Below are positions 7,978 through 18,235 of a stretch of 64,000 bases of DNA, in pieces. The stretch covers positions 46,710 to 110,709 of the forward strand of contig CAKQKH010000003.1 of the NCBI GenBank assembly GCA_934248075.1, in the 5' to 3' direction. How positions within the stretch are numbered: position 1 is the stretch's first letter; each line of letters opens with the position of its first letter. The stretch is from an uncultured Alphaproteobacteria bacterium (GTDB lineage Bacteria > Pseudomonadota > Alphaproteobacteria > RF32 > CAG-239). The position numbers and the translations under genes are program-made. The notes under the pieces are model-generated. The model was given only the letters and a program-made list of their open reading frames with translations. It was not told the origin of the DNA and ran no database searches.

Positions 7978-9798
7978 ATGATGAATATGAGAAATATTGC
8001 CATAATAGCTCACGTTGACCACGGCAAAACCACATTGGTTGACGGATTGTTAAAGCAGAGCGGCACTTTTAGAGACAACCAGAAGGTTGATACTTGCGTT
8101 ATGGATAGCAATGACTTGGAGAGGGAGAGAGGAATTACGATTCTTTCCAAGTGTACGTCGGTTAATTGGCACGGAACCCACATTAACATTGTTGATACTC
8201 CGGGGCACGCTGATTTTGGCGGCGAAGTGGAACGTATATTGTCTATGGTTGACGGCGTGGTTTTGTTAGTCGATTCATCTGAAGGCCCGATGCCGCAAAC
8301 CAAATTTGTATTGGGCAAAGCCCTCAAACTCGGTTTATGCCCAATTGTCGTTATCAACAAAGCTGACAAGGCTGATGCACGCTGCGATGAGGTTTTGAAT
8401 GAAGTTTTTGATTTGTTTGTAAGTCTTGATGCCAACGACAAGCAGCTGGATTTTCCGGTGCTATATGCTTCTGGCCGCAATGGTTGGGCAGTTAAAGAGC
8501 TGGAAGACGAGAAAAAAGATTTGAGTCCGTTGTTTGAACTGATTCTCTCTTACGTTCCGGAACCAGCTTGCGAACCAAACAAACCTTTTTCCATGCTGGC
8601 AACCACATTGGAAGCCGATAAGTTCATCGGCCGTTTGATAACCGGCAAAATCCAGTCCGGCACTTTGCATGTTAATGACACTGTCAAAGTGCTAGATGGC
8701 ACCAATAAAGAAATTGAACGTGTCCGCATCAGTAAGATTTTGGCATATCGCGGCCTCAATCGCGAATCATTGGAAGAGGCTCATGCCGGAGACATTATTG
8801 CGGTAGCCGGCGTTGTTAAAGGCACTGTGGCTGACACTCTTTGCGCGTTTGAAGTTTCTGAGGCCATTCATGCTCAGCCGATTGACCCTCCGACTTTGGC
8901 CATGACTTTTTCGATTAACGATTCGCCGTTGGCCGGTCGTGAAGGCGACAAAGTAACCTCGCGCATGATTTGGGATCGTCTCTGCAAAGAAGCCGAGGGT
9001 AACATTGCGCTCAAAATTTCCCGCACCGACACCACCGATTCGTTTGAGGTTGCCGGACGTGGAGAATTACAGTTAGGCGTCTTGATTGAAACCATGCGCC
9101 GCGAAGGATTTGAGCTTTCTATCTCTCGTCCGCGCGTGCTGATGAAAAAAGATGAAAACGGCAAACTTCTTGAACCGATTGAAGAAGTTGTGGTTGACGT
9201 TGATGAAGAATTTTCTGGTGCCGTAGTTGAAAAACTCGGCCAGCGCCGCGCCGAAATGATAGATATGATTCCGTCTCAAGTCGGCAACAAAGTTCGCTTG
9301 ATTTTCAATGCGCCATCACGCGGACTGATTGGTTATCACTCTGAATTTTTGACAGACACCCGCGGCACTGGTGTCATGAACCGCCTGTTCAAGTGTTATG
9401 AACCCTACAAAGGTGAAATTGACAGCCGCCGCAATGGTGTTTTGATTTCATCAGAAACCGGCACTGCCATTGCTTATTCATTGTGGAAATTGCAAGATCG
9501 CGGCCCAATGTTTATTGATCCGGGTGTTCCGGTATATACCGGCATGATTATCGGCGAACATACCAAGCCCAATGATATTGAAGTTAACCCTTGCAAAGCC
9601 AAACAGCTTACCAACATCCGTGCCGCCGGCAAAGATGAAGCCATTGACTTGGTTCCGCCACGTAAAATGAGTCTGGAACAAGGCTTGTCTTATATTCAAG
9701 AAGACGAATTATTAGAGGTTACCCCCAAAACTTTGCGCCTGCGCAAACGGATTCTTGATCCGATCGCTCGCAAACGCCAAAAGCCTGGTGATTTCTAA
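7978..9798 (+). CDS. typA: Translational GTPase TypA/BipA
   Basis: MMNMRNIAIIAHVDHGKTTLVDGLL...DTPGHADFGGEVER...NKADK. I place the start at ATG 7978. The track start at 7945 is a TTG inside the repeat element. Confidence 0.93.
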   Translation: MMNMRNIAIIAHVDHGKTTLVDGLLKQSGTFRDNQKVDTCVMDSNDLERERGITILSKCTSVNWHGTHINIVDTPGHADFGGEVERILSMVDGVVLLVDSSEGPMPQTKFVLGKALKLGLCPIVVINKADKADARCDEVLNEVFDLFVSLDANDKQLDFPVLYASGRNGWAVKELEDEKKDLSPLFELILSYVPEPACEPNKPFSMLATTLEADKFIGRLITGKIQSGTLHVNDTVKVLDGTNKEIERVRISKILAYRGLNRESLEEAHAGDIIAVAGVVKGTVADTLCAFEVSEAIHAQPIDPPTLAMTFSINDSPLAGREGDKVTSRMIWDRLCKEAEGNIALKISRTDTTDSFEVAGRGELQLGVLIETMRREGFELSISRPRVLMKKDENGKLLEPIEEVVVDVDEEFSGAVVEKLGQRRAEMIDMIPSQVGNKVRLIFNAPSRGLIGYHSEFLTDTRGTGVMNRLFKCYEPYKGEIDSRRNGVLISSETGTAIAYSLWKLQDRGPMFIDPGVPVYTGMIIGEHTKPNDIEVNPCKAKQLTNIRAAGKDEAIDLVPPRKMSLEQGLSYIQEDELLEVTPKTLRLRKRILDPIARKRQKPGDF

Positions 9799-9805
9799 AA
9801 CCAAC

Positions 9806-9840
9806 AAAGCCCCAAGCACACTGTTTGGGGCTTTAATTTT
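9806..9840 (+). terminator. Rho-independent terminator of typA
   Basis: Stem AAAGCCCCAA / TTGGGGCTTT is followed by AATTTT. Confidence 0.65.
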
Positions 9841-9844
9841 AATA

Positions 9845-9875
9845 ACAAAAAAGCTCCGAAAATATCCGGAGCTTT
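9845..9875 (-). terminator. Rho-independent terminator of the 9909-10280 gene
   Basis: Stem AGCTCCG / CGGAGCT is followed in the minus sense by a T-run (plus-strand A-run 9847-9851). Confidence 0.6.
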
Positions 9876-9908
9876 CAAATTTGCCTATGGAGAAAACGGA
9901 AAAACCGA

Positions 9909-10280
9909 TTAACGACCGCCGGAACTCCTATAACCACCGACCGTTGCAACCGACGGAACTTTTTTCTTAAATGGATTTAGTCGTCCGCACAGAGTTGAGA
10001 TTCTTCCCTTCAAATCTTTAGACAAGCCGCCAACAACTTTGGCAAGAGCCACCGCGGCCTTACCCGAAACTGTCCGAGTATTTCCGCTCGCCAAATGCTT
10101 ATTATAATCAGCATACATTTGTCTGGCAGACTTAATACCCTTATAAGTCTCCGGCATATGTTGCTGAATCATTCTGGAACCTTCGGCCAACTCCAAACCT
10201 TTGTCCGTAATTTTGCTGACAAAGGAATCAAGACCGTGAAACACGCCGCCCAGCCCCCTTGTTTTTTTAACCTCGCTCAT
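9909..10280 (-). CDS. Hypothetical protein (123 aa)
   Basis: The ORF reads MSEVKKTRGLGGVFHGLDSF...GGYRSSGGR. I prefer ATG 10280, which is preceded by GGAG 8 nt upstream, over the track GTG at 10349. No family was recognised. Confidence 0.5.
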   Translation of the reverse strand: MSEVKKTRGLGGVFHGLDSFVSKITDKGLELAEGSRMIQQHMPETYKGIKSARQMYADYNKHLASGNTRTVSGKAAVALAKVVGGLSKDLKGRISTLCGRLNPFKKKVPSVATVGGYRSSGGR

Positions 10281-10470
10281 CGTTTTTCTCCATAAATAAA
10301 TAGCGTCATTTTGTCTATTATCGCAAGTTAATTGTGTTTTGTCAACCACAAAAGAGGTTCAAACCCGCAAAAATATAGGCAAAACTGCACATTTGCTGTT
10401 TTATTATTGCAAATAATAACCTATAATCTCTTAAAATCAACTTAATAAACCGACTAGGCCACAAAATATA

Positions 10471-12051
10471 ATGAGTTTATTCAAATCAATCGCCACTTTT
10501 GGCAGCTTTACTTTACTTTCGCGCATCACCGGATTCTTCCGTGATATGGTATTGGCAAACTTTCTCGGTGCCGGTTTGATATCTGACGCATTTTTCGTTG
10601 CATTCAAGCTGCCCAATTTATTTCGTTCATTATTTGCCGAAGGCGCTTTTACCTCAGCTTTTGTTCCAATGCTTTCACAAAAGCTAGTAACCGATTCCAA
10701 GCAAGACGCGCTTGATTTTGCCGCAAAAGCAATTTCTGTTTTGGCATTTTTTCTTGCGCTGTTTGTTTTGATCATGGAGATTTTTATGCCTCTGGTTGTG
10801 CGCATTTTGGCCCCCGGTTTTATTGCCGACAGCGGCAAAATTGAGCTTGCCGTGCAACTATCGCGCATCACCTTTCCGTTTTTGCTATTTATTTCGATTG
10901 TATCTTTTCAATCAGGGATATTAAATTCTCTAGGCAAATTTGCCGCGCCTGCGGCCGCGCCGGTAATCCTCAATCTGATGATGATTGCTTCCGTGTTTAT
11001 TTTTGTGCCGTTTGGCGCCACTCCGGCTCACGGCATTGCTGTCGGCGTAACTTTTGCCGGATTCGTTGAGATTCTGTGGTTGATGTTTTTTCTTCATCGC
11101 CAACAAGCGTATCTCAAACCAGACTACCACATTTGGCCTTTATTGCAAGACAACAGCATCCGCACACTATTCAAACGCATTGCCCCCGGAGTGCTCGGGG
11201 CCGGAGTTTACCAAATCAACATGGTTGTTGACACCATTTTAGTTTCACTGGTTGGCACCGGAGCAATCTCCTGGCTCTATTATGCCAATCGTTTGCAACA
11301 ATTGCCTCTGGGCGTAGTTGGCGCCGCCATTGGCGTTGCGGTTTTGCCGATTCTCTCTCATCACCTTAAGTGCGGCGACAACGCCGAAGCTTGCAAAGTG
11401 CAGACCAAGGCCATTGAATATGGCGCTCTTTTGTCCATACCAGCCGCCGTTGCTCTGATAGTTTTGGCCGAACCGATAATCAACATTTTATTTCAGCACG
11501 GCAAATTCGGAACCTTGCAAACAACCATGACTGCCCGCGCCGTAATTGCCTATGCCATTGGTTTGCCAGCCTATGTGTTGGTTAAAGCCCTCGCGCCCAA
11601 TTTTTTTGCCCGCGGCGACACCAAAACTCCGGTCAAATACAGTATCATTGTTTTACTCACCAACCTAAGTTTTTCAATTATACTAATGAAACCTTTCGGA
11701 CATGTTGGTATTGCTTCTGCCACCACCATTGCGGCCTTTGTGTCATTATGGCAGTATTTGCGCGGACTAAAAAAACGCGATTTCTGGCATTTTTCCCGCA
11801 ATTTAGCCATTGAGACCGCCAAAATTGCCGCCTGTTCATTAGTTATGGGCGCGGTCATCGGCTGCGGAAAATTTTTGCTTAATTGCCATTATGAAAATTG
11901 GCTTCACCTTTCCATTCTGCCCAAGCTTGGCTGGTTTGGCGCTTTGTGCATATTGGGGCTTGCAACTTTTATAATAACCGCTAAACTCAGTGGTGTGTTG
12001 GATATTAAAGAAATACTAAATATGTTCAGACGGAGATCGGCAAAATGTTAA
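10471..12051 (+). CDS. murJ: Lipid II flippase MurJ (MviN)
   Basis: 526-aa polytopic protein. The N-terminus FGSFTLLSRITGFFRDMVLANFLGAGLISDAFFVAFKLPNLFRSLFAEGAF is typical of MurJ. Confidence 0.9.
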   Translation: MSLFKSIATFGSFTLLSRITGFFRDMVLANFLGAGLISDAFFVAFKLPNLFRSLFAEGAFTSAFVPMLSQKLVTDSKQDALDFAAKAISVLAFFLALFVLIMEIFMPLVVRILAPGFIADSGKIELAVQLSRITFPFLLFISIVSFQSGILNSLGKFAAPAAAPVILNLMMIASVFIFVPFGATPAHGIAVGVTFAGFVEILWLMFFLHRQQAYLKPDYHIWPLLQDNSIRTLFKRIAPGVLGAGVYQINMVVDTILVSLVGTGAISWLYYANRLQQLPLGVVGAAIGVAVLPILSHHLKCGDNAEACKVQTKAIEYGALLSIPAAVALIVLAEPIINILFQHGKFGTLQTTMTARAVIAYAIGLPAYVLVKALAPNFFARGDTKTPVKYSIIVLLTNLSFSIILMKPFGHVGIASATTIAAFVSLWQYLRGLKKRDFWHFSRNLAIETAKIAACSLVMGAVIGCGKFLLNCHYENWLHLSILPKLGWFGALCILGLATFIITAKLSGVLDIKEILNMFRRRSAKC

Positions 12052-13052
12052 AAGAGCAACTTTTGGAGCTATGGAAAAAACTTAGATTTCCTCGCAGACT
12101 AAAAGTTTTGTTGCGCCCATGGCCACGCATACGCCGCCTCATCAACACCTGGCCGCGATTAATTTTGCTTTTTGTACTGGCATTTGTCTTTTTATATTAC
12201 CCTCTCGGCGCCCTGATCAGTGAAGACATTGACATCAACACCGACTATGAGATAGCCAAAGACGGCCACCGCTCAGCCACCATAGACACCATGACATTTC
12301 TGATTAAGCGCGAAGTTTACAACAAAAGCTGGACTCCGGCATTGCCGTTTATCTTTCCCGCATACATGCTTGACAATATGCCTGCGTTTCAGCTTGGCAT
12401 AATGGAGCCGATAGGACACACCGCCAAGGTCTTGGCCGCCAAAATGGATAAAAGCATTGCCGAAGAGGGTAAATCGCCCCTACACTCTGCCGCTGAATTA
12501 CTGCAATATCCCGGAACAATTTGGATGTTCTCCCCCGGCAACAAACTGATTCCGGCGCCGTCATCTAACAGCCAATACCGCCGCGCTCGCAAACAGCTGC
12601 AAAATTACAATCACATGTTGGCCGACGGGCAAGCAATATTTGAAGCCACGCCCCAAAATTTGCTCCATATTTTAAAAGCCGTCAAAGCAGATTTGCAAAA
12701 GACCAGCAATCGCTTAGAAAGTCATATTCGCGAAAACAGCTCATCTTGGCTTGATACCAAAGCAGACGATGTGTTTTATTATCAACAAGGTAAAATTTAC
12801 GCCTACTTTTTATTGCTCAAAGCCTTAAGCTTTGACTTTAAGGACGCCATTTTGCAGAGCAACATATACCAACCCTGGACATCTCTGCTCAAATCTCTGG
12901 AAAACGCCGCGCACCTGTCGCCAACCATTGTTCGCAACGGCGAACTAGATAGCTTATTGGCGCCCAATCATTTGGCATCTCTTGGTTTTTACAGCCGCAA
13001 GGCCATAATTACTTTGCAAAAAATGCTTACCACTTTAGATGGAGTCAAATAA
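12045..13052 (+). CDS. Hypothetical membrane-anchored protein (possibly DUF2333-like)
   Basis: 335 aa. It overlaps the murJ stop by 7 nt. It has an Arg/Trp-rich N-terminus followed by one TM helix. The motif MLDNMPAFQLGI resembles what I recall for the DUF2333 family; this is unverified. Confidence 0.6.
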   Translation: MLKEQLLELWKKLRFPRRLKVLLRPWPRIRRLINTWPRLILLFVLAFVFLYYPLGALISEDIDINTDYEIAKDGHRSATIDTMTFLIKREVYNKSWTPALPFIFPAYMLDNMPAFQLGIMEPIGHTAKVLAAKMDKSIAEEGKSPLHSAAELLQYPGTIWMFSPGNKLIPAPSSNSQYRRARKQLQNYNHMLADGQAIFEATPQNLLHILKAVKADLQKTSNRLESHIRENSSSWLDTKADDVFYYQQGKIYAYFLLLKALSFDFKDAILQSNIYQPWTSLLKSLENAAHLSPTIVRNGELDSLLAPNHLASLGFYSRKAIITLQKMLTTLDGVK

Positions 13053-13594
13053 TGCTCATAGAAACTCAGTCCACTCCCGATGCCAACGTCATCAATTTTT
13101 TTCCACCACAACCGATTCTAAAATCCGGTCAGGCCGAATTTGTTGACACCAAATCGCTACGTCGTTCTCCTCTAGCCGAGCATATTTTTGACATCGGCGG
13201 AATTGTCTCTTTATTTATCACCGCCGACATGATTTCCGTAACCAAAACACCTGATGCCTCATGGGATATTCTCAAGCCGCAAATTCTGGCAGAAATCATG
13301 GATCATTTAGCCACCGGAGAAGAAACCATATCTGCCCCAACAACCGATTCGGAAGACATTGTCGGCCAAATCAAAGGGTTGCTCAACGCCCGAATTCGCC
13401 CCGCGGTTAAGCAAGATGGCGGCGATATTGTTTTCTGCGATTATCGTGACGGAATTGTCTATGTTGAGATGCAGGGTTCATGCAAAGGCTGCCCCTACGC
13501 CATGCGCACTCTTAAAGACGGAGTGGAAAAGATTCTCAAAACTTATATCCCCGAAGTTCGAGAAGTCAGAAACATTGGCGCCGACGGAGAATAG
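13052..13594 (+). CDS. NifU/Nfu-type Fe-S cluster assembly protein (Nfu N-terminal domain plus NifU C-terminal domain)
   Basis: 180 aa. The C-terminal part is IRPAVKQDGGDIVF...VYVEMQGSCKGCPYAMRTLKDGVE, which carries the CxxC of NifU-like domains. The start overlaps the upstream stop (TAATG). Confidence 0.85.
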   Translation: MLIETQSTPDANVINFFPPQPILKSGQAEFVDTKSLRRSPLAEHIFDIGGIVSLFITADMISVTKTPDASWDILKPQILAEIMDHLATGEETISAPTTDSEDIVGQIKGLLNARIRPAVKQDGGDIVFCDYRDGIVYVEMQGSCKGCPYAMRTLKDGVEKILKTYIPEVREVRNIGADGE

Positions 13595-13595
13595 C

Positions 13596-14519
13596 ATGCG
13601 CTGGGCATTAGGCATAGTCTGTTGTTTTTTGTTTTTTGCCAAGTCGCTTTGCGCCGCTGAATTTATAGAGATTGACCATATCAAGGTTCAAGATCTTCAA
13701 GATATCTACGCTTTTTACAATTACAACGGTGAGAAAGGTTATCTTATGATTCCGTCTTACCACTATCCGCCGATTTTTCTTCGTCATTTTCCCGATGATT
13801 TTTCCTCAATCACCAATGAGGCGGAGCGCCACGCTCTATTTATTAAAATTCTTGCGCCTTTGGCTCTTAGGCTAAACAACGAAATTATCGCCGAGCGCCG
13901 AGAAATCATTGCTCTTGATCAAGCTTTCAAACAAAATCAGGAGCTTTCGCCTCAACAAGAACAGTGGCTTGAAGACAAAGCCGCTGAATATGATGTTTTC
14001 AGCCGCCTTAAGGGGCATCGCCGCTATACTTATTTGTTGGGAGAATTATTGCAAAAGGTTCACGTTATTCCGCCATCTGTATTAATCACCGCTGCGGCAC
14101 TGGAAACAAATTGGGGAACATCGCGGATTATAAAAGAAGCCGATTCCTTGTATAAAACCTTAGAATGGCACACCGACAAGGGCCTAAAACCGATTGGCGA
14201 AACACAAGATGACAGTTACCGTATCAAAATTTATCCCAACATATACAACTCCATGCAAGAGTTCGCTCACAAACTCAACACTGCCTTGCCATACCAAGAT
14301 TTCCGCGGTTTTCGCAATCAGATCTTGGAGCGCAAAACGCCGCTGTTAGGCTCCTCATTAGCTCCTTATTTGGTCTGGAATTCGCCGCTCAAGAACTACG
14401 CCGGACTTTTTGACTACACGCTTGCGTATTACGAACTCAATATAATTGACAAATCTGTCTTAGATAGTAAGATGATAAGCGTAGAGCTGCCTAAAAAACT
14501 AAAAGATAAGACATTGTAA
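13596..14519 (+). CDS. Secreted glucosaminidase-domain protein (Bax/FlgJ-like)
   Basis: ATG 13596 lies 2 nt after the nfu stop. The N-terminus MRWALGIVCCFLFFAKSLCAAE is signal-like. The motif ITAAALETNWGTSR is typical of the glucosaminidase domain. The track start at 13359 is an in-frame extension that overlaps nfu. Confidence 0.7.
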   Translation: MRWALGIVCCFLFFAKSLCAAEFIEIDHIKVQDLQDIYAFYNYNGEKGYLMIPSYHYPPIFLRHFPDDFSSITNEAERHALFIKILAPLALRLNNEIIAERREIIALDQAFKQNQELSPQQEQWLEDKAAEYDVFSRLKGHRRYTYLLGELLQKVHVIPPSVLITAAALETNWGTSRIIKEADSLYKTLEWHTDKGLKPIGETQDDSYRIKIYPNIYNSMQEFAHKLNTALPYQDFRGFRNQILERKTPLLGSSLAPYLVWNSPLKNYAGLFDYTLAYYELNIIDKSVLDSKMISVELPKKLKDKTL

Positions 14520-14597
14520 CAAAACTGTAATTAGCCCTGGATTGTTTTTTGTACTATCATAGAATTAGGACACAACCATTTATTTAAAGACACCGCC

Positions 14598-15704
14598 ATG
14601 AACCGAGCGCCGTTAAATCGTCAAGATATTGAAAGACTATCCGCCACCCCTGGGGTAGAAGCCAAATCTATCGTTGCGCAAAAAGTCAGCGCCTATTATA
14701 ACGGCAGCGTTGTAACCCCCAAGGGCATGAAACTGGCCGAAGACATTTTCCGGATTATGGTGCGTGATGTTGAGCTTAAAGTTCGTCAGGTTTTGGCCGA
14801 AAGCCTTAAACACTGTCACAATCTTCCTCACGACATTGTATCATCGGTAATTCAAGATTCTGACAGCGTCGCCGTGCCGTTTATCAAATATTATTCCAAC
14901 CTCAGCAATGATGACCTTCTCAAGATTTTGAGCATCACCGGCATCAACAAGCAAAAAGCCGTTGCCGAGCGGCTGAATTTGCCGCATGAAATATCGCAAT
15001 ATATTGTTGACAAATGCCCCGAAGAAGTTGTCGGCGTGCTTATCTCTAATGACACCGCCAGCATTCACGAAAGCACTTTCAATACCATTGTTGAAAAATA
15101 TCAGCAAAATGAAGATATCCAAAAACGTTTGGTCTATCGCTCTGAGCTTCCGACCTCGGTGATTGAAAAGATTGCCAACTCACTTTCTGAGGAGCTTAAA
15201 AAGCATCTGATACTGGCGCACAATCTGCCTGCCGATTTGGCCACCGACATCATTGAGGAGGTCAAAGAAAAAACCACCTTGCGCATTTCCGAAGATTACA
15301 GCTCAGACAAACAGATTGAAGAATTGGTTCATCAGTTATACACCTCCAACCGCCTGACTTCAGGTTTGGTAGTACGTTCCATTTGCATGGGTGACCTCAA
15401 ATTTTTTGAATACGCCATTGTTTATTTGTCAGACACTCCCATTCTTGAGGTTCGCAAAATTTTGTTTAACACCTCGGCTGACTTTATGGTTCGCAATCTT
15501 TTGCGCAAGGCCTATATTCCCAAGTCTATGTTTCCGGCGGTGTTTTCGGCGCTCAAGGTAATCAAAGAAATTCGCTTTGACTGTCGCCAAAGCAACCGCA
15601 AAAATTTCGCCCACAAGGTCATCGAGCGTATTCTTTCTCTCACGCCCAACAATGAGGAATTGAGCGAGGAAGACATCAACTATCTTGTTTCCAAAATCAG
15701 CTAG
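14598..15704 (+). CDS. Hypothetical helical-repeat protein (DUF2336-like)
   Basis: 368-aa soluble ORF. Its N-terminal pattern (AQKVSAYY...LAEDIFRIMVRDVELKVRQVLAESLKH..LPHDIV) resembles the alphaproteobacterial DUF2336 family. This assignment is from memory. Confidence 0.6.
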   Translation: MNRAPLNRQDIERLSATPGVEAKSIVAQKVSAYYNGSVVTPKGMKLAEDIFRIMVRDVELKVRQVLAESLKHCHNLPHDIVSSVIQDSDSVAVPFIKYYSNLSNDDLLKILSITGINKQKAVAERLNLPHEISQYIVDKCPEEVVGVLISNDTASIHESTFNTIVEKYQQNEDIQKRLVYRSELPTSVIEKIANSLSEELKKHLILAHNLPADLATDIIEEVKEKTTLRISEDYSSDKQIEELVHQLYTSNRLTSGLVVRSICMGDLKFFEYAIVYLSDTPILEVRKILFNTSADFMVRNLLRKAYIPKSMFPAVFSALKVIKEIRFDCRQSNRKNFAHKVIERILSLTPNNEELSEEDINYLVSKIS

Positions 15705-15721
15705 TTTCAGAGGTTTGTGTT

Positions 15722-17404
15722 TTGCCCAGTGAAAATGACATTATTCTAGCCGACGTATTGGCCCTAAACACCGCTGTTACCGAACATCTCAATCGTCAAA
15801 CTCTAGTCGAAAAAATTTTGCTTGTGGCCGCCAAGGCCGCTTCGGCAGACGGCTGTTTTTTCTTTGAGGTCTCTCCGGACAAATTTATGTCTCTTACATA
15901 CAGCAACATCAAGAGCCTGCGCGAAAAATCTGTCGGTCTGGATAATTTTACTTATTTTGAGCCGATATCGCTTGCGGATATCCGCGCCAAAGCCTCCAAG
16001 CGCCCGTCTGAAATCTGCGCTCTAAACCAAGAAATTGTCATGGCTGAAAATATTTATGCCGTTGATCACATAGACACCAAACGTCTGGCCATGTTTGATG
16101 AGCAATACGATTACTCCACTGTTTCGGTTGTGGCCTTGCCCTTGGTTGACAGTAAAGCCAACCTTATCGGCGTGGTTCAATTCACCAACGCCACTGACAG
16201 CAACGGCAAGGTCATCAGTTTTACCTCAGAGGTTGTCAACCGCTTGATTTCCATCTGCAGTTTGCTCACCATCTCTTTAGAGAACAAATCCCTGCGCGAG
16301 GCATATTCTCAGCTGTTGGAGTCTTTTATTGAAGTTTTGGCTCGCGCCATAGATGCCAAATCCCCCTACACCGGCAGCCACTGCCAAAAGGTTCCGATTA
16401 TCACTCGTTTGCTGGCCACCGCCGCGGTTGAAGAAACCGACGGCCCGCTCAAAGATTTTGAGATGAGTTCCGATGACTGGTATGCCTTGCACATCGCTTC
16501 TTGGTTGCATGACTGCGGCAAAGTTACCACTCCCGAATACATTGTTGACAAAGCCACCAAGCTCGAGACAATCAATAACCGGATTCATGAGATTCGCAAC
16601 CGCTTTGAGATCTTGCGCCGTGACGCCCACATTACCTACCTGCAAAAAAGGTTGGCCAATTTGGACAGCAAAGAAAACCTACAAGCTGAGTTTGTTTCCA
16701 CAGTCAAACAACTTGAAGATGACTATGCTTTCATTGCCTGGTGCAACACCGGCGACAACCCGCTCAGCGATTCGGACATCAAACGTTTGGAGCAAATCAG
16801 CCGCCAAACATTCACGCGCTATTTTAACCGTATGCTTGGCTTATCCTGGGCAGAACGCAACGCCATCACCACCCCTGAGATTTACAGCCACCCTTCGCAA
16901 GAACCTTTGTTGCAAGATTTGCCCGATCATCTCTCCGGCGGCCTCAATCGCGGTGAGTTGCACAACTTAAAAGTCGCCCAAGGAACCATCAACAAAGAAG
17001 AACGCGGCAAAATCAATGATCACATCGTCGTTACCATAGATATGCTCAAAGCGCTTCCGTTTCCCAAAGAGCTTTCCAATGTTGTCGAATACGCCGGCTG
17101 TCATCATGAATGGGTCAACGGTCAAGGCTATCCCAATCACCTTACCGGCGCCCAAATGTCTGTTCCGGCCAAGATTATGGCCATTGCTGATGTTTTTGAG
17201 GCGCTGACCGCTCGTGATCGCCCCTACAAGGAGCCAAAAAAATTATCTGAAGTCCTGCGGATTATGCAAGAGATGAAGAACATCGGCCATTTGGATCCGG
17301 ATTTGTATCGTGTTTTCATCACACACAAAGTTTATCTCGATTACGCCGAGCAATATATTGAAAAAGAGCAAATTGATGACATCAACCCGGAGGAATACCT
17401 ATAA
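15722..17404 (+). CDS. GAF-domain / HD-GYP-domain protein (putative c-di-GMP phosphodiesterase)
   Basis: 560 aa. The HD motif is ASWLHDCGK and the GYP motif is GCHHEWVNGQGYP. The N-terminal region is GAF-like. The start is TTG 15722, preceded by AGAGG 8 nt upstream. Confidence 0.85.
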   Translation: MPSENDIILADVLALNTAVTEHLNRQTLVEKILLVAAKAASADGCFFFEVSPDKFMSLTYSNIKSLREKSVGLDNFTYFEPISLADIRAKASKRPSEICALNQEIVMAENIYAVDHIDTKRLAMFDEQYDYSTVSVVALPLVDSKANLIGVVQFTNATDSNGKVISFTSEVVNRLISICSLLTISLENKSLREAYSQLLESFIEVLARAIDAKSPYTGSHCQKVPIITRLLATAAVEETDGPLKDFEMSSDDWYALHIASWLHDCGKVTTPEYIVDKATKLETINNRIHEIRNRFEILRRDAHITYLQKRLANLDSKENLQAEFVSTVKQLEDDYAFIAWCNTGDNPLSDSDIKRLEQISRQTFTRYFNRMLGLSWAERNAITTPEIYSHPSQEPLLQDLPDHLSGGLNRGELHNLKVAQGTINKEERGKINDHIVVTIDMLKALPFPKELSNVVEYAGCHHEWVNGQGYPNHLTGAQMSVPAKIMAIADVFEALTARDRPYKEPKKLSEVLRIMQEMKNIGHLDPDLYRVFITHKVYLDYAEQYIEKEQIDDINPEEYL

Positions 17405-18117
17405 TGTTGCAGATTCACCCTGTTTTGTGCCGCGCCGGCACCATGAACAATTACAGTTACATTTTGCATGATGATCAATCCGCTATCACCGCGGTTATTG
17501 ATCCCTCTGAATCTGAGCCGATTATTACCAAACTGCAAGCCTTAAATCTGCGCCCGCACTATATTCTCAACACTCATCACCATTTTGATCACACTGATTC
17601 CAACCTTGAACTCAAAGAACTATACAATGCCAAGGTTGTCGGCAACATTGAGGATTCCGCGCGGATTCCCGGATTTGATATCGGCGTCACCTCTGGTGAT
17701 ACCTTTATGCTTGGTTCTTGCGCGGCGCAGATTATTGACGTTTCCGCCCACACTATCGGCCATATTTTATACTACTTTCCACAAGCTAAGGCTTTGTTTA
17801 CTGGCGACACATTGTTTAACCTCTGCATCGGCGGCATTTTTGAAGGCACGCCCTCCCAAATGTTTGCCGCGCTGGAGCGCATCAGAAATTTGCCGGATGA
17901 CACCTTGTTTTATCCGGGGCATGAATACACCATGGGAGCCGCGGCAGCGGCCAAACGCTATTTTAACAACAACGCAGATATTTCAGCCTATCTGCAACAA
18001 GCGCAAACTCGCCTGCATCAAGGGCTTCCGGCCGGACCTTTCACGCTTGGTGAGGAAAAAAAGTGCAATCCTTACCTTGCCGCCGCCACTTTAGATCAAT
18101 TTAACGATTTATTTTAA
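17404..18117 (+). CDS. gloB: Hydroxyacylglutathione hydrolase (glyoxalase II), MBL fold
   Basis: 237 aa. Motifs are DNY-like NNYSYIL, the metal motif THHHFDHTDSN, and HTIGHI...TGDTLF...PGHEYT. The start overlaps the upstream stop (TAATG). Confidence 0.85.
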   Translation: MLQIHPVLCRAGTMNNYSYILHDDQSAITAVIDPSESEPIITKLQALNLRPHYILNTHHHFDHTDSNLELKELYNAKVVGNIEDSARIPGFDIGVTSGDTFMLGSCAAQIIDVSAHTIGHILYYFPQAKALFTGDTLFNLCIGGIFEGTPSQMFAALERIRNLPDDTLFYPGHEYTMGAAAAAKRYFNNNADISAYLQQAQTRLHQGLPAGPFTLGEEKKCNPYLAAATLDQFNDLF

Positions 18118-18235
18118 GAAATTCTCAAGAAAATCTAGTGAATAATACAAATAGCGCAATTCGCCAGACAAAATATTAGACAAAATAGTTTTTCTATGCT
18201 AATATAATGTCATAGACAGATTTTGGAGAACGAGC

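Noticed and set aside
10357-10367. tRNA-like T-loop sequence GGTTCAAACCC
   Set aside because: The flanking bases cannot form a T-stem (AGAGG versus CCGCA), and no acceptor or anticodon arms can be drawn. I found no tRNA, rRNA, tmRNA or SRP-RNA signature anywhere in the window.
10404-10422. Inverted repeat TTATTATT-GCA-AATAATAA upstream of murJ
   Set aside because: It is purely A/T-rich and is expected by chance in this A+T-rich spacer. There is no second copy in the window.
17585-18094. 169-aa alternative-frame ORF inside gloB, and 16473-16970 inside the HD-GYP gene
   Set aside because: Both are fully nested out of frame in genes with clear catalytic motifs. They are Pro/Ser/Leu/Arg-rich shadow ORFs.
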